This document shows positions 42,708 through 56,041 of a stretch of 64,000 nucleotides of DNA, in pieces; within the stretch, counting starts at the first letter, position 1, and each line of letters opens with the position of its first letter. Origin of the DNA: Paraspadella gotoi (lineage: Eukaryota > Animalia > Chaetognatha); NCBI GenBank assembly GCA_051294375.1, contig CM119264.1, positions 7,697,301 through 7,761,300 of the forward strand, given 5' to 3'. The position numbers were made by a program, and so were the translations under genes. The notes beneath the pieces are model-generated. The model was not told where the DNA came from. It saw nothing but the letters and a program-made list of their open reading frames with translations, and did no database searches.

Positions 42708-42847
42708 GAGTCTTGATTGAAAGCTTGCAGAGACCTGCTATGTCATTATCTTGTAAGAGTGTTTGAGGCCATAAACCACCAAAGCCTGTCCAAAGTCAGG
42801 GGAAAGATAGCTTATTTATTAAATGAATATTGGTTGTACCAATTTCA
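42708..42847 (-). mobile_element. Dispersed repeat family of unknown class; other copies at 44089-44220 (+) and 58647-58850 (+)
   Basis: Shared sequence gaaattggtacaaccaat...tgcccctgactttggacaggctttggtggttt... in three places, this copy inverted. Confidence 0.7.
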
Positions 42848-44497
42848 AAAAGCAATTTATGCTGTCCAAATATGATGATTATATGAATAATTGAATATAG
42901 TACCGTAGAGTACAGTAGATATTTAAAAGGAGAGGAAAAAAGGAAAAAACGGAAAAAGTTCGGTGGAACAAGAAAGCGCAACGCATAAAATATATGCCAA
43001 CGACGACGACGACGACAATGACGACGACGACGACTCTTTGTTTACATTGTTTACGTCGTCGTCGCCAACTTGAATCGTGGAATCGATTGACCCCCATCAA
43101 CACTCGCTCTCGAAAAGATTCTTGAAAAGACTTTAAAAACTTTCGGTAGGTACATATTTGCTCGGTAATTTCTCTTCTTTTATTTTCATTTTTCACTTCT
43201 ACAAGTTTCTCCTTCTAAATTTTCTTTTTCCCTTTTTCAAATCGTTTCTTCTCTCTCTTGCTTTCTATTTCCACCCTGGTCTCTTGTGCACTGATCCAGT
43301 GTATTGGACTCTTTTCGTTTCTCTTTTTTAGCACCATTTCTTTCTCTGTCTCTGTCTCTGTCTTCTCCCGTCTTCTCTCCTCTCCTTCTCTCTCCTCTCT
43401 CTCTCTCTCTCTTCTCTCTCCTCCTCCTCTTCTCTTCTTCTCTCCTAAATTAATTCTCTCTCAACGATCTAACATAACATCAAAAGAATTTTCTCTCCAA
43501 TTTCTATTCTATTTTTTTTTCTTTCATTTTCTCTCCATTTTTACACCATTTTCTTGCGATTTTCACAGCAAATCTCTTCTTTCTTCTTCGACGCCTTTAT
43601 ACCGCAAATTTCCACCGTAATCATTTCTTTCCCGTTTTTATTGCGATTTTGTTTTCCGAATGTCCTCGTTTTCACGCCATCTCGACTGCGTTTTATTCTG
43701 TTTCTTCTTTTATTTCACTGGAAATTGTAAAATTATAGTAATAGTTATATATTAAGTTATATAGTAAGTTATATATTCGTTATGAATCCTTACTTTTCAT
43801 CACCAAGAATTTCATCCTTTTTTTTCTCACGTTTCACCCTTCATTTTTTTCCTACGCCTCCCTCTAGAAAAACATGTCTCAACGTTTGTGTTTTGCAAAC
43901 AAAACATAAATCGATCCTTGGTCAAAATGTTTTTTCTTCTTCCGCGATTTTTTTTCCCGTTATCGTTTTGTTTTATATTTGGTCTTCCCGTTTTTTTTCT
44001 GCTTTTTTTTTTGTGAAAATAATCGACCTAAAATTGGTGAATTCCAAAATTCCCACACTTTTTCTCCTCCGACTTTGATGAGGTTTTTATGAAATTGGTA
44101 TAACCAATCTAAAATTATCCATTCATTCAATGAATAATCCATATTGCCCCTGATTTTAGACAGGCTTTGGTTGTTCAAAGCCTTCATCACCCACAGAGCA
44201 AGCTTTCTCGTTTATTCACTTTTGGGACTTTAAATTACTCTTTGCTTTTCTTAATTGTTTTCTTTGTTTCTTTTATGAATATCATCATTCAGCTCTCATT
44301 TGTATTTTTTCTATCAACATTTCGACACCTTTTATCTTCGTCGTCGTCATTGTCGTCAGTTGACGCGAATCATTTCCTGTTTCCTCTCTTCCTCCGTTCA
44401 ACGAGGCGTGGGCGTCGACTCGTCGACATTCGGAAATTCGCGAAAGCGGATACAAATTGAATTTACAGGTCTCTCTCTCTCTCTCTCTCTCTTTCTT

Positions 44498-44532
<35 letters not shown>

Positions 44533-44641
44533 TGCTCGTTCCCTTTCTTTCTCTCTCTTTTCCAACCTTTCTCATCCTTTTCTTCAATTAACAATTCTTA
44601 TATTTTTTTTAGAAAACTAGTCTTTACTATTATTTTTGTGT

Positions 44642-44677
<36 letters not shown>

Positions 44678-47000
44678 GTGCGTGCGTCTTCCTTCTTTTC
44701 CCTCCCTTTCAAAGTCTCCTTTTCTCTCTCAGCCTAACGATCCAAAGGCGTGGCGGGACTCGCTAATGGAGTTTGGGTCGAGATTTTCGAACTGACCGTC
44801 AGAGGCGCCGAAAACTGCTTTCGGTGTTTTCGTGTTTTTTGTTCTTGTTTTTTATTGGTTCAGTCTTTGAAGTCAAAAAGGCCGGATGGGGGGAATCGGA
44901 AGAGGGAATAGAAAGAGTGATTATCAGTTTGATCATTATTACCGATTTCTAAGCGGGGATCAAGTAAACCAAAAGTGGAGAATCCCCCAGGGCGACCACC
45001 TGCAATCCCTGAGTCGTTTCTGGGTGCAATATCGTTGGATCCGCAGGAGCGACGAGAAGCGACGACAGCAGCTGCGCTGAGTCGCTGACTTTTAGCCGAA
45101 AATCCAGGTCGTTTTTTTTTTGTCATCGGGTAGACAAAAGATCTTTTGTTTACAAGATTGAGAACGAAAATAAAAGGGAGAGGGATATTTTTGATAAAAA
45201 CAAACCAATGAAATTAAAGATTAAGAACTGTAATAAAAGGGAAAAAAGAAATATTTTTTGAAGAAAAACAAACAAACAAAATCAAATCCCGGTTAAATTC
45301 GCCTTTCCACGCTTGAAAGAAACAAAAAATCCCCGCGAAGAATCGCGATGGAATCCGAAAGAAAATAGAGATTTAATTCTTTCAAAAATGTAATGTATTT
45401 AAGGAGATACTGTTTTATATTGTAGTTGATTGTGAATTAAAGTTGAAACCCACGAATAAATTTTCATTTCGTTTCATTTCTAATCCGCGTTTGTCCACAA
45501 TATTCCGGAGCGCCATCTTCGCCAGACGCCGCTTCAATCATTCCATCCTTCGGTCCCTCCGACGTCAAACTCCTTAATCTTTCATTCGTCTCCTTTCATT
45601 TTTTAAGAGTTAGAAGCGGCGTCATTTTCTCGACAAGCGGCGTTCTCACGCCTCCGACGGCGCCGATTAATCGATTAATTAATTAACGTCTCATTAAGTC
45701 TCGCCCCGTCGAGCACCGGAAGCGGCGACATCGCCGCCACTCGCTGAATTATTCCGTCGCTCGGCGCTGGCGTCGAAGCGAGAGCGTTAAGGGAATCATG
45801 GAACGAGATTTCCGACGATGTAATCTCGAGCGTCGATCTGCGCCGAAGAACGCGGACGGGGGGGGTGTGGCCAAATGGAATCGGCGTAGAAGGATGGCTT
45901 TTAATTTTAGAGTTCCGAGAAAATATTTTTAAAATGATATTAGTGTGGACGAACAACTATTTCAAGCAATCTCGGTCAAATCAATTGACCTTACTTTCAA
46001 CCTTACCCTCGGTCGTTTGCCCTTTCTCTTTATGGTCAAACCTTTGACCTTGTAGACTTAGCATCTGAGCCTTTTGACTGTTATTGTTATTTACTTTGTT
46101 GAAGAATAAAATCATTCTTACTCTGAAACTTGTTGCGTCCACATTGGGAGATTAAATTAAATGTAATTAAATTTGATGAGATATCAGCCATTAGAATTTT
46201 TAACCTAAAGCGCCTTTAGAAGCTCGGTACAAGAAGCGATAAGGTAGAAGTTAATGGTTTTTTACGATCACAAAAGCTAATGGTTTCCGGCGATGAGAAA
46301 AAAAATAACCTGGAAATAAAGTAAAAACGATCAAATCAAGACGTGATAAATTGGTTCTCTAAAAAAGAAAAAAAAAGAAGTAAGACTTAGAAGAAATAAA
46401 AAGCCTTAAAACTTAAAAGGTTTATTACTCGAGTCAAATTTAGGAGCTATGGCAACAGCCGGGTTGCCTGTGATACCCATTGGGATGGGGCATCTCACTG
46501 TTGGCTTTGGGGGCTTCCGACCCTCAGTGACACCTCCAGTCACTGGCGCGGTTACCCTAGGACGGTCTCGCTTTGCCAACGCAGAGGGAAGTCGTTAGGT
46601 CACTGTGCTGGATGGAACACTACGCCTGTGATGGTGTGTTCCCCCTCTGAGCCAATGTATTTGGCTGAAGGGTGGTGGACGTGAGGCGGTGTGAATATAC
46701 CGCCACAGAGCCTGATTTTTTTTTTTTGGTCTTGATTTCCTGCGATAGTCTTTCATATTGACGCCCACGGTTGCCGCTTTTTAAAATGGCGGAGAATTCG
46801 TCCGATAAAACGCAATCGAGATCGAATCACTCGTTTAGGCTCCGCGAAATCAGGTTACAGTCAATATGCAGGGAAGTCATTAGTCGGCGAATAATAATGT
46901 AAGTTAATGTAATGTAAATATAAACAAATATAAAAAAGAGCGAAAACGGCATAAAAACAGTAACAATCACAAAATAGATGTTATAACGAGAACAAAAGGT

Positions 47001-47328
47001 TGTTATGGAGGACGTTTTAGGTCATGTGAGTCATGTCTCTGGCCACCGTGGTAACCGACTGACCTTACACTGAGGACACCTTGCCCGACTTTCGGCTATA
47101 AAAGCCGACAAGCTCACGACGTACAATACAACTCGAAATATCGTTGATACGTTCTCGTTCACCGTTATAATTGCTTATTACTGTTAATGTTAAACCCTTT
47201 GTACATTGTATTAAATGTATCTTCGCTTAAACCCGTCTCCTTATCTCAATTATTCACGTCGCCATATTGTTCTGGGCTAGGTTATTTAAAGCCCAGACTG
47301 GTAGATAAACTGACCCGAAAGCCTGACA
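47001..47328 (+). mobile_element. Possible solo LTR
   Basis: TGTTA...TGACA ends, an internal TATAAAA and a downstream ATTAAA over ~330 bp. No target-site duplication found. Confidence 0.3.
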
Positions 47329-47744
47329 GAAAATGGATGATGAACACATATGATTAGTAACGTTAGATTATTTCTTTATTTAAACAATAGATTGTTTTAA
47401 ACTTCGATGTTGATAGACTTTTTTACAATCAGTTCACCTTTCGAGAATCTTTTGTCCCAAAATAAACCCGGTCACAGCGCCCTCTTCTTTCCACTCACAA
47501 AATCACACCTGCTAAACCGACTCTTCGTCACTCCGGCTTTTTCCTTCGCTTTGGTCGCGCCAGACTTTTCTCCGAGATCCCCTTAATGTCTCGCGACGAC
47601 GCCGTCCGCCGCCCGCCGCCCGCCGCCCGCCGTCCGCCGCCCGCCGCCGCCGTCACGCGAAATGGCATTTCCATCGCCGTTTGGGTCCGGAGCTAAAACC
47701 TCCCTCCCAGTTTATGACCATCGAAGGGAGATTAATGGCGACCG

Positions 47745-47860
47745 CGACGACGAAGTCGACGAAGACGACGAAGACGACGACGACGACGAAGACGACGACG
47801 ACGACGAAGACGACGACGAAGACGACGACGAAGACGACGACGAAGACGACGACAAAGACA
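47745..47860. repeat. (GAC/GAA)n trinucleotide repeat, preceded by (CCGCCCG)n at ~47606-47652
   Basis: Direct repeats. Confidence 0.9.
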
Positions 47861-48223
47861 ATGACGGAGGAGAAAATGATGATGAAGATGAAAGCAACGG
47901 AAACAATGATAAAAAAAAACTAAGATGATGAAGACAACGGAGGCGACGAAGTTAATCGGGGTTTATCAATGAAAAAGATGAAGGCGATCATAAGGATGTA
48001 AGTAGGAAACGCGTAAAGGAGAAAACGAAATCGATCTGAGCAACAGTCGTGGCCAACAGTCGTGGCCAACAGTCGTGGCCAAAAGAAAAAAGGCTGAGGA
48101 CTTGACGAAAAAAATGTAGCATTTGTTAAGCCGCTTATATCTCTATTTATATTTCTAATTGTATTTGTATTTCTATTTCTATTTTAAATGTAATTTTACT
48201 GGGTATGGAGAACAAAAATATAT

Positions 48224-48313
<90 letters not shown>

Positions 48314-48392
48314 CGAGTCCAAAATACATTAATATTTGATAAATAATGAATAATACAACACATGCTAACCAACCTTAACCTTTTCTTTTCAG

Positions 48393-48858
48393 TTTATTCC
48401 ATGACCTCCTCCTCTTCCTCCTCCTCCTCCTCCTCCTCACCTCCTCGATCTCCGTCATCCTCTCATCGCCTCAGCCCCCCCGTCTCCCCCACTTCGAGTC
48501 TCCAGCGCACTCACAGCCCCGACGACTCCGCCCGCTACTCGCCACGCCCATCTCCGCCGCCCGGCCACGCCCCATCACCCCCTCGACCCCTGCGTCACCC
48601 GGCGTCCACGCGGCGTCGCTTCACCCACCCACAGACGGCGACGTTGGCGCGCCGTAAATCCCAGGCGCCCGTGGATTCGTGGACGAGACCAGCGATGCAA
48701 CCGGCGCCGGCGAAGGCCTGGAGAGTGGCGGCGGCGCCGACGGAGGCGTGGCGAGCGACGCCGGCCTCGGCGGCGGCGTCGGAAGGGAGAGAAGCGGCGT
48801 GCACTTGTCAACAAGACCTCATCCCTTGTCTTTCCTCCGGTCATTCGAGTCTTAAAAG
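48393..48858 (+). CDS. LRP4: LRP4 exon: Ser/Pro-rich spacer and N-terminal half of LDLa1 (ACTCQQDLIPC)
   Basis: ttttcag acceptor (phase 1), GTGAGG donor (phase 2), open frame. The CxCx6C spacing matches the vertebrate LRP4 start ECACGRSHFTC (recalled). Confidence 0.8.
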
Positions 48859-48936
48859 GTGAGGCGATTAACCTTTCGTCGCTGACGAGTGATTAAGAAA
48901 TGATTAGAGAGTGATTAACGGCCTAAGTGCGGAAAA

Positions 48937-49053
48937 TTTAAGAAATTAAGAGATTAAGAAATTAAGAAATTAAGAAATTAAGAAATTAAGACATTAAGAA
49001 ATTAAGAAATTAAGACATTAAGAAATTAAGAAATTAAGAAATTAAGAAATTAA
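48937..49053. repeat. (AAGAAATT)n 8-mer tandem repeat
   Basis: Direct repeat. Confidence 0.95.
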
Positions 49054-49804
49054 CCTGCGAAACAATAATTTGTGTTTATGAAGAGACATTTCATGCACAG
49101 TAGATTAAAATGTATTTTAACCAATGCGTAGTTTGGATATAATATAATATAATACAAATATTTTTTTTTAATAATACACTTGTAAATCCCACTACGAATT
49201 GCTTAATACTAATTTATGTTGAGTTTTCAAACGAAGTTTAATAACTTGATCGTTTAACTTTCACTACTAAAGTTTATATAATATATAGGTTGTTTTCTCT
49301 TGTTCCAATAATTTATTCATTAATGCGCCCATTCATTTTTTCTTCGTTATTCATTATTCAATGTATAAATTCTATTTCACTCACGTAACGGCCATGAGCC
49401 ATCGTTCTAAGTTCTAGCTCTCCTTTCTCCTTTCATTTAATCCGATTATCTCACCTTATCTCTCGCTGTTCTCACTCATCGAAGGGTCGACGGCGATATC
49501 AACCAAGTGCTTGAATCGTTGTCCCAGCTCCTCCTCCCATGCTCTCTTCCCTCATCCCGCATTCCGTTCCCAGACTGCCGCGCCTTTGGTCAGAGATGAG
49601 AAATCTCGCCAGTCCTCAGTCCTCACCCCAATTTTTCGATCGAACCCTCTCGACTTCCCGCCTCTCACCCTTTCATCAGCTTCCTTTTTTTTTCTATTTT
49701 CTTTCCTTCTTTCATTTTCTTTCATTCTTTATATTTCTTTCTGCTTTCTGCTTTGCAGTGAGGTCGGGAAAGGGGGAAGTCTAGCACATGAGGAATGAGG
49801 TTAT

Positions 49805-49924
<120 letters not shown>

Positions 49925-50804
49925 GAATTGACGCCTCTCTCTAATCTGGTCTTTCGCTTCCCTCTATTCGTCATCATCAAAATCGTCGAACAACGAGTTC
50001 AATGATTCCCGACTAAAAATAAAGCATTTGTTTTCGCGGGAAATCATTTGTTATTGATCTGCTTTTCACTTACGGGTGATTTTCACGGTTCTATTTACAT
50101 CCGGATCTTCCCGCTTTTCTCAGACTTGAGTCCCACTTTCTTTGATCATATTCTGCCCTTATTTACTTTTTTTTCTAGCTTTATGAGAATTTGCAAATTA
50201 CTTGTTTCACTATTTTCTTTCTTTATTTGTTACTTCATTTTGTTTGATTTAAAATTGTAAGTCCACTGGGTTTTTAAGACTATTTCTTACGTAGCTTATT
50301 TTCCTCTGTTTTCTTCGTTTTAATTTACTAAAACAATCTTTCAGTATTTGCTTGGTTCGTTTTTTATTAATGTGTTATCCATTTAATTTTTTTAACTTTG
50401 ATTTTTTTTTTTCTTGTTCCGCCGTTTCTCATCCTCTTTATTTTAGTTTCCCCAAAAAATCTCCGACTTTTTCCCGTTTTTCTGTTTTGTTCTCGTTTCT
50501 TTGTTTTCTCTTTCTCCGTTAACTCGGTTCTCGGTTCAACTCGTTTTCTTCTTATATCCGTCTCCGAACTCTGATGTCAGGTCGGACATTAATTCATTTA
50601 GTTATAATTGTCTGTTTTAAAATCAAAACAAGTTAGGATTAGGAAAATTATTTTCTGTACTAAAAAAAATACGACTTTTTGTTCGGCTAATGAGCGTTTC
50701 ATCCATTTTTTCTTCTTCTTGCTCGTTCACCTTTTCCGATCAAAATATTTGGCTCTGAAATTATACGAGCAAACACCTTCTCTCCTATCTCCTCTCTCGT
50801 CTCT

Positions 50805-50856
<52 letters not shown>

Positions 50857-51890
50857 CTTCTCTTCTCTCCTCTCTCTCTCTCACTTTGGATCTTGTCACT
50901 CTTCGAATCTTTTCAACTTCCTCGACGCCCCTCGCCCCTACCGACTAATTCACCCACGTGCGCGTACAGCTTCCGACTCGATGCGCTCATTTCCGGCGTT
51001 CGACGCCACCATGCGTGGACTTCGAGGAAAAATGAGTCTTCGGTCCTTGTTTCGTGCGGACGCTTTGAAGGGGGGAGAGGGCGGAGAAAACGAATGCGTT
51101 TCTCTTTCTCTACTTTTCTCCTTTATTTTCCTGTTTTGCTTTTTTCTCTTTTATTTTTTTCAATCCGACCAAGCGTCTCTCAGTTTAACCTTTCTTTTTT
51201 GACCCCAATTTTTACCCACTTACTCTTTTCTTTCCCGCTATTTTCCTCCTTTTTATCATTTCCTCCTTTCTTTTCTTACGGTCCAACTCTTTTCTTCATT
51301 CCATCACCTTTTTATCATTTCCTCCTTTCTTTTCTTACGGTCCAACTCTTTTCTTCATTCCATCACCTTTTCCATTTTCTCATCTACTTTTTTTTGTTCG
51401 CCTTTTGTTTCGAAGGCGACGATTCCGTTTCGTCGTTTTGGTCGTCGTTATCGTTGTCGTCGTCGAAGCGGAACAACAATGAATTACCGACGTCATCCTC
51501 GTCGACCTTACCCTTTCTCTTACCCTTAACTCACCCGTTATGCTCCGCTTTCGCTCTCTTTGTCACGCCAAACTGTTTCTTCCGTCGAATACATTCGCTC
51601 AATCACTCAGAGTCATTGCGTTTTACCTTACCGCCCCTTTTACCTTCACCTCCATCACCCTCTCCCCCTTCACCCTCACCTACTAACTCCACCACCCCTA
51701 CCGCTAACCACTAACCACCAGACACCCTCAACGACTAAATTTCCTCAACTCCAAATTCTTCGTCTCAACTCAAACGTTCCACGCCTTTCGGCCGTTTAGC
51801 ACCCAGCGACCAGCTCGTTGCCCATCAATCAGTGGGAGGCCTCACAGCTCCTCTCTCTCTCTCTCTCGTCTCTCCTCTCTCTCTTCTCTA

Positions 51891-51946
<56 letters not shown>

Positions 51947-52115
51947 TCTCGCTCTCCTATTTCTTTCACCAGAGCCAAACTTTTTCTACCCACCCATTAA
52001 TTGTCCTAAATCCACAGAAAAAATAATGTCTAATTGCCACTCACCATATTGAATCCATTAATTTCACTTTGCTCTCTCTTTCTTCTCTCTCTCTCTCGCC
52101 GCTTCTCGCTCTCCT

Positions 52116-52159
<44 letters not shown>

Positions 52160-52179
52160 TCCTTTTCGCCCCCGCACAG

Positions 52180-52439
52180 CAACAACCGCGTGTTTATTGG
52201 ATCCTGGCGGACCGGGAGCTCAAACGGCGGCGCTTCACCCAGCGGTCGGGAAGAAGCTCGTGTGGCGCCGCCTCGCAAGCGGACGCCGGCTGCGGTGCCG
52301 GCGTCGAGTGCGCGCGGCACCGGCGCCGGCGCCGCTGTCGGAAACTCGCGCGGAATTTCCAAGTGCACCTGCATTCCGGCGACATGGCGATGCGACGGCG
52401 ACTTCGACTGTCCGGACAAAAGCGACGAGAAGGATTGCG
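52180..52439 (+). CDS. LRP4: LRP4 exon: insertion plus C-terminal half of LDLa1 (KCTCIPATWRCDGDFDCPDKSDEKDC)
   Basis: Phase 2-1. CTCIPAxWxCDG is characteristic of LRP4 LDLa1. Confidence 0.92.
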
Positions 52440-52446
52440 GTGGGTA

Positions 52447-52447
<1 letters not shown>

Positions 52448-52522
<75 letters not shown>

Positions 52523-52525
52523 AGA

Positions 52526-52556
<31 letters not shown>
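52448..52556. repeat. (GAT)n microsatellite directly after the donor
   Basis: Direct trinucleotide repeat. Confidence 0.95.
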
Positions 52557-52557
<1 letters not shown>

Positions 52558-52681
52558 AAATTGATGATGATAAATTGATGATGCCGCCTTTTCAAAAATT
52601 ACCCTGTCTTCGGTGACTATGAAATTAATAATTTTCTCGTTTGTTCATTTGTTTCGTTTATCATTACGTCCTCCGCTGCAG

Positions 52682-52798
52682 ACGCCCCAACGTGCGCGCC
52701 GACGGAATTCGCGTGCGGTGACGGGACGTGCATCAAGAAAACCTTCGTGTGCGACTTTGATGCGGATTGCGACGATCGGAAAGACGAACTGAATTGTG
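52682..52798 (+). CDS. LRP4: LRP4 exon: LDLa2 (CAPTEFACGDGTCIKKTFVCDFDADCDDRKDELNC)
   Basis: 6-Cys LDLa pattern, CAG acceptor and GTCAGT donor, phase 1-1. Missing from the ORF track. Confidence 0.95.
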
Positions 52799-54203
52799 GT
52801 CAGTCCACGGTGGGAGTGGCTGTCGGGAGAGAAGGCTCGGTTGATTGCCTGGGCTTAACTTAATGTGGCTCAAAAATCAGAATCATGTAACAAAAAATTA
52901 AAAAAAAAAAACTATGAGAGCCGGTGAAGAAGTTTAAAGCCGCACAAGATTTTAGCAGTACGTATATTGTAAAACTGTAACATCGTTGCTCAATATAACC
53001 AAAATCTAAACGACGATGAATTCACGGAGCTATTCCCGTTTTCATAGACCGTATAAACCTAGAAATCGGATATTTTTAAAACTTTTTATTCGTTAATTTT
53101 GTTTCGAAAGCTGAGGCGAAACTCGGATAAAAAAAATCGGTTCTCGGATTTTGAATAACAAAAGAGAGGAAAGGAGAAGAGAGAAGCGCAAAATCACCGC
53201 CTGCTCTCCATCTCTCCATCTCTCCATCTGGCTGAAAAAAAAAGGGCCTGATGTTGGATTCATCGTCTGTTCTCGATCTCTGAATTGCTTAGTGGAAAAT
53301 GGTCTGATGTCTGTCTTTGACTAATTTTCATCTCTGTGAGGCTTTTCTTGAAAAATTGGGCTGATGTGGCAGTCAACGCCTGCTTTAAATCTCAGATTCG
53401 CCTATTTTATTGTATTTTAATTAGTTTGGAAAAAAAATTTTAGTTTCTTGTTTTCATAACTCGACCTAAAATTATTCTAGTGATTGCATTTTTGGTCAAA
53501 ACGAGAAAAAGAGAAGAAAGAAGGCACTAGCGCTGGAAAAGGTAGAATTTTACGACTCCCTGGGAATTGAGTTGCGCCTCTTTCGACTCAGAACGAAACA
53601 AAAAAAATGAGGTAAACAAAAGATCATCATCTGAAGGAGCGACCCGAGTCATTGAGCTTGAAAACATGAAAAGATAAACAGAGCGTGGGAGAGTGGGTGG
53701 GAGAGAAGAGAAAGAAAGAGCAGAAGAGAAAGAGAGCAAGAGATAGAGTGAAGGAGAGAGAGAGAGAGGGAGAGAGAGAATGTGAGAAAGAGAGAATGAG
53801 AAAATGAAAATGAAAATGAAAACTGAAGGAAACTATATTCACGGACGTTTTTTTTCAAAATTAATATGGTTCAACTTGGTTATGGACACATAAATAAGAA
53901 GTTAAGAACGTCTCTCTCTTCGGCGCATAGCGATGTCATATGATTCCAGAGCGTCCGCTAGTCAGTCCGCGCACGCGCACGTTAACCGCGTCGATGACGT
54001 GCGTCCACTCGAGCGAAAGAGGGACGTCACGAGAGACGCCGCGAGAAAAAGTCAAGTGGCGCTCGAGTGACGCCGATTTCCGGTGAACGGGAGGGATAAA
54101 GTGATTGACGGTTGGACGGACGCATTGACGCTTTACGTATCCTGACAAACGGACCCGGCGAGATTATGAGAATTAATTCATTTCGTTTGATCACTTACTA
54201 CTG

Positions 54204-54294
<91 letters not shown>

Positions 54295-54298
54295 GCAG

Positions 54299-54412
54299 CT
54301 GTGCGCAACTGCACGACGGAGGAATTCAAATGCTCCAACCGGAACTGCATCCGGAATGAGTGGCGCTGCGACGGCGACGACGACTGCGGCGACGGTTCCG
54401 ACGAAGTGTGCG
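54299..54412 (+). CDS. LRP4: LRP4 exon: LDLa3 ([34 protein letters not shown])
   Basis: LDLa pattern, CAG/GTGAGA, phase 1-1. Confidence 0.96.
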
Positions 54413-54870
54413 GTGAGACGATGCTTCTTTGTTTTCTGCCTCTTTGTTTATCCATTTGTTTTGTTTTGTTTTGTTTTCTTTTGATAGGCGCGCCAACCCC
54501 CACAGCTTTATATCGCGGGATCGTTGTTTCAATATTTCAAAGCCTTTCGCGTTATTTGCAATTTTCATTTTTTTAACTTTCATTTATTCAGACATGCACA
54601 GTATCTATTGGACTCTTTCTTGCCCACAGAAATAATAATATAATCTAAATACTTTTTGAAGATAGATAATATTGTTTTGTTTTTATAAAGCGAAGCTGTT
54701 AACTCTGAATGTCTAAAAATATTTTCATTCTCTTTTTAAATATTATAATTTTTAAAATTTAAATTTAAACATAGTGTGAATGCTTTCTTTCGTTGCGATT
54801 GAGAGAAGAAAATTTTTTATTTTGTTTAAAAACAACGATTTTTAGTTTCGACTTATTTGTTTCGACTCTT

Positions 54871-54912
54871 CGCGCTGATGAAGACTTACAAATAAGTCGA
54901 AACATGTCCGTT
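54871..54912 (+). ncRNA. Minimal type I hammerhead ribozyme motif (Penelope-like-element type)
   Basis: CTGATGA-A-[GACTTA caaa TAAGTC]-GAAAC-AT-GTC, with palindromic ACATGT in stem III. Confidence 0.6.
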
Positions 54913-55209
54913 ATTTGTTTCTATACTGAAAATCGTTGTTTGTAAACAAAATCCAAAATTTTCTTCTCTCAAACTAATTTAAACCTTTAAACTTGTTTGA
55001 AAAGATTTTTAAATTTTGAAGTTTTCGTTTTTTTTTTTCCTCTGTTTTGTTTCTTTTGCCAGAGGAAAAAAAACAGAAGGAATATAAACGATATTTTATC
55101 GCGGCGACGAACGCCCGCCTCAGGACTAACGTTGCATTGACAAAACGATTTGAATCTGTCATCGTTTCGATAATAGAAAAGGAATTGCTTCTGGTTCGAG
55201 TGATAAGAA

Positions 55210-55250
<41 letters not shown>

Positions 55251-55533
55251 ATATAAAAGGCGTATATTGATATCCTCCCTTTCAGTTATGATTTAACTTC
55301 ACATTATTGTCTCCATATTTCGGTCTTTCTCGCTAACCTCTTCTTTCTGTCTTTCCCGCCTCTCTCTCTATCCCTCTCACACTTCCATTCTCTCTCCGAC
55401 TTCCTCCTTCTCTTTCTATCTTTCTCCCTCATTTTCTCTCTTCGTCACCTTTTGGGCTTTCTCATCTTTTTTTACATCAAATCTTATTAACCCCTTAACA
55501 ACCGTTTTAATGCCACCCTCGTATAACCTCCAG

Positions 55534-55653
55534 GCCCTACGACATGCAGAGAGGCGGAATTCAGCTGCGCCGACGGCCAAGGCTGCGTCGCAGCGTCGTG
55601 GAGATGCGACGGAGACATGGACTGCGTGGATGGGTCGGACGAGGCCGGATGCC
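55534..55653 (+). CDS. LRP4: LRP4 exon: LDLa4 ([36 protein letters not shown])
   Basis: LDLa pattern, CAG/GTGAGT, phase 1-1. Confidence 0.96.
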
Positions 55654-55892
55654 GTGAGTTGGGTAGTGGTTTTAATAGTGTTTTGGATGGTGGTGGAGGT
55701 TGGGGTTAGTCTGTAATAAGGTGGTCGTAATTTGATGTACCAGAAGATACATAATTTGTAATTGTGTATATATATGTTTTTGTTGTTTTGTTTTGCTTCC
55801 GAGTTCTGACGAAGGCCATTACGTCAATTACGATTTACGATAATCTATATTTGATAAATGATGCTAAAAGTTTTCTTTCAACTTTCTTTCAG

Positions 55893-56041
55893 CCACCACC
55901 TCACCTCGTTGCGACGACGGGGCGTTTCTCTGCTCTTCCGGCAGGTGCATCCACGATGTCTACAGGTGCGACGGGGACAACGACTGCGGCGATTGGGGCG
56001 ACGAGAAGGGATGCGATAAGGCCAGAAGGCCCGTATGCGAG
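55893..56041 (+). CDS. LRP4: LRP4 exon: LDLa5 ([35 protein letters not shown]) and first Cys of LDLa6
   Basis: Resembles vertebrate LRP4 [22 protein letters not shown] (recalled); phase 1-0. Confidence 0.95.

Noticed and set aside
50608-51714. 368 aa hydrophobic ORF suggesting a membrane protein
   Set aside because: It is pyrimidine-rich intronic low-complexity sequence (F/L/S/P bias) with no domain or splice support.
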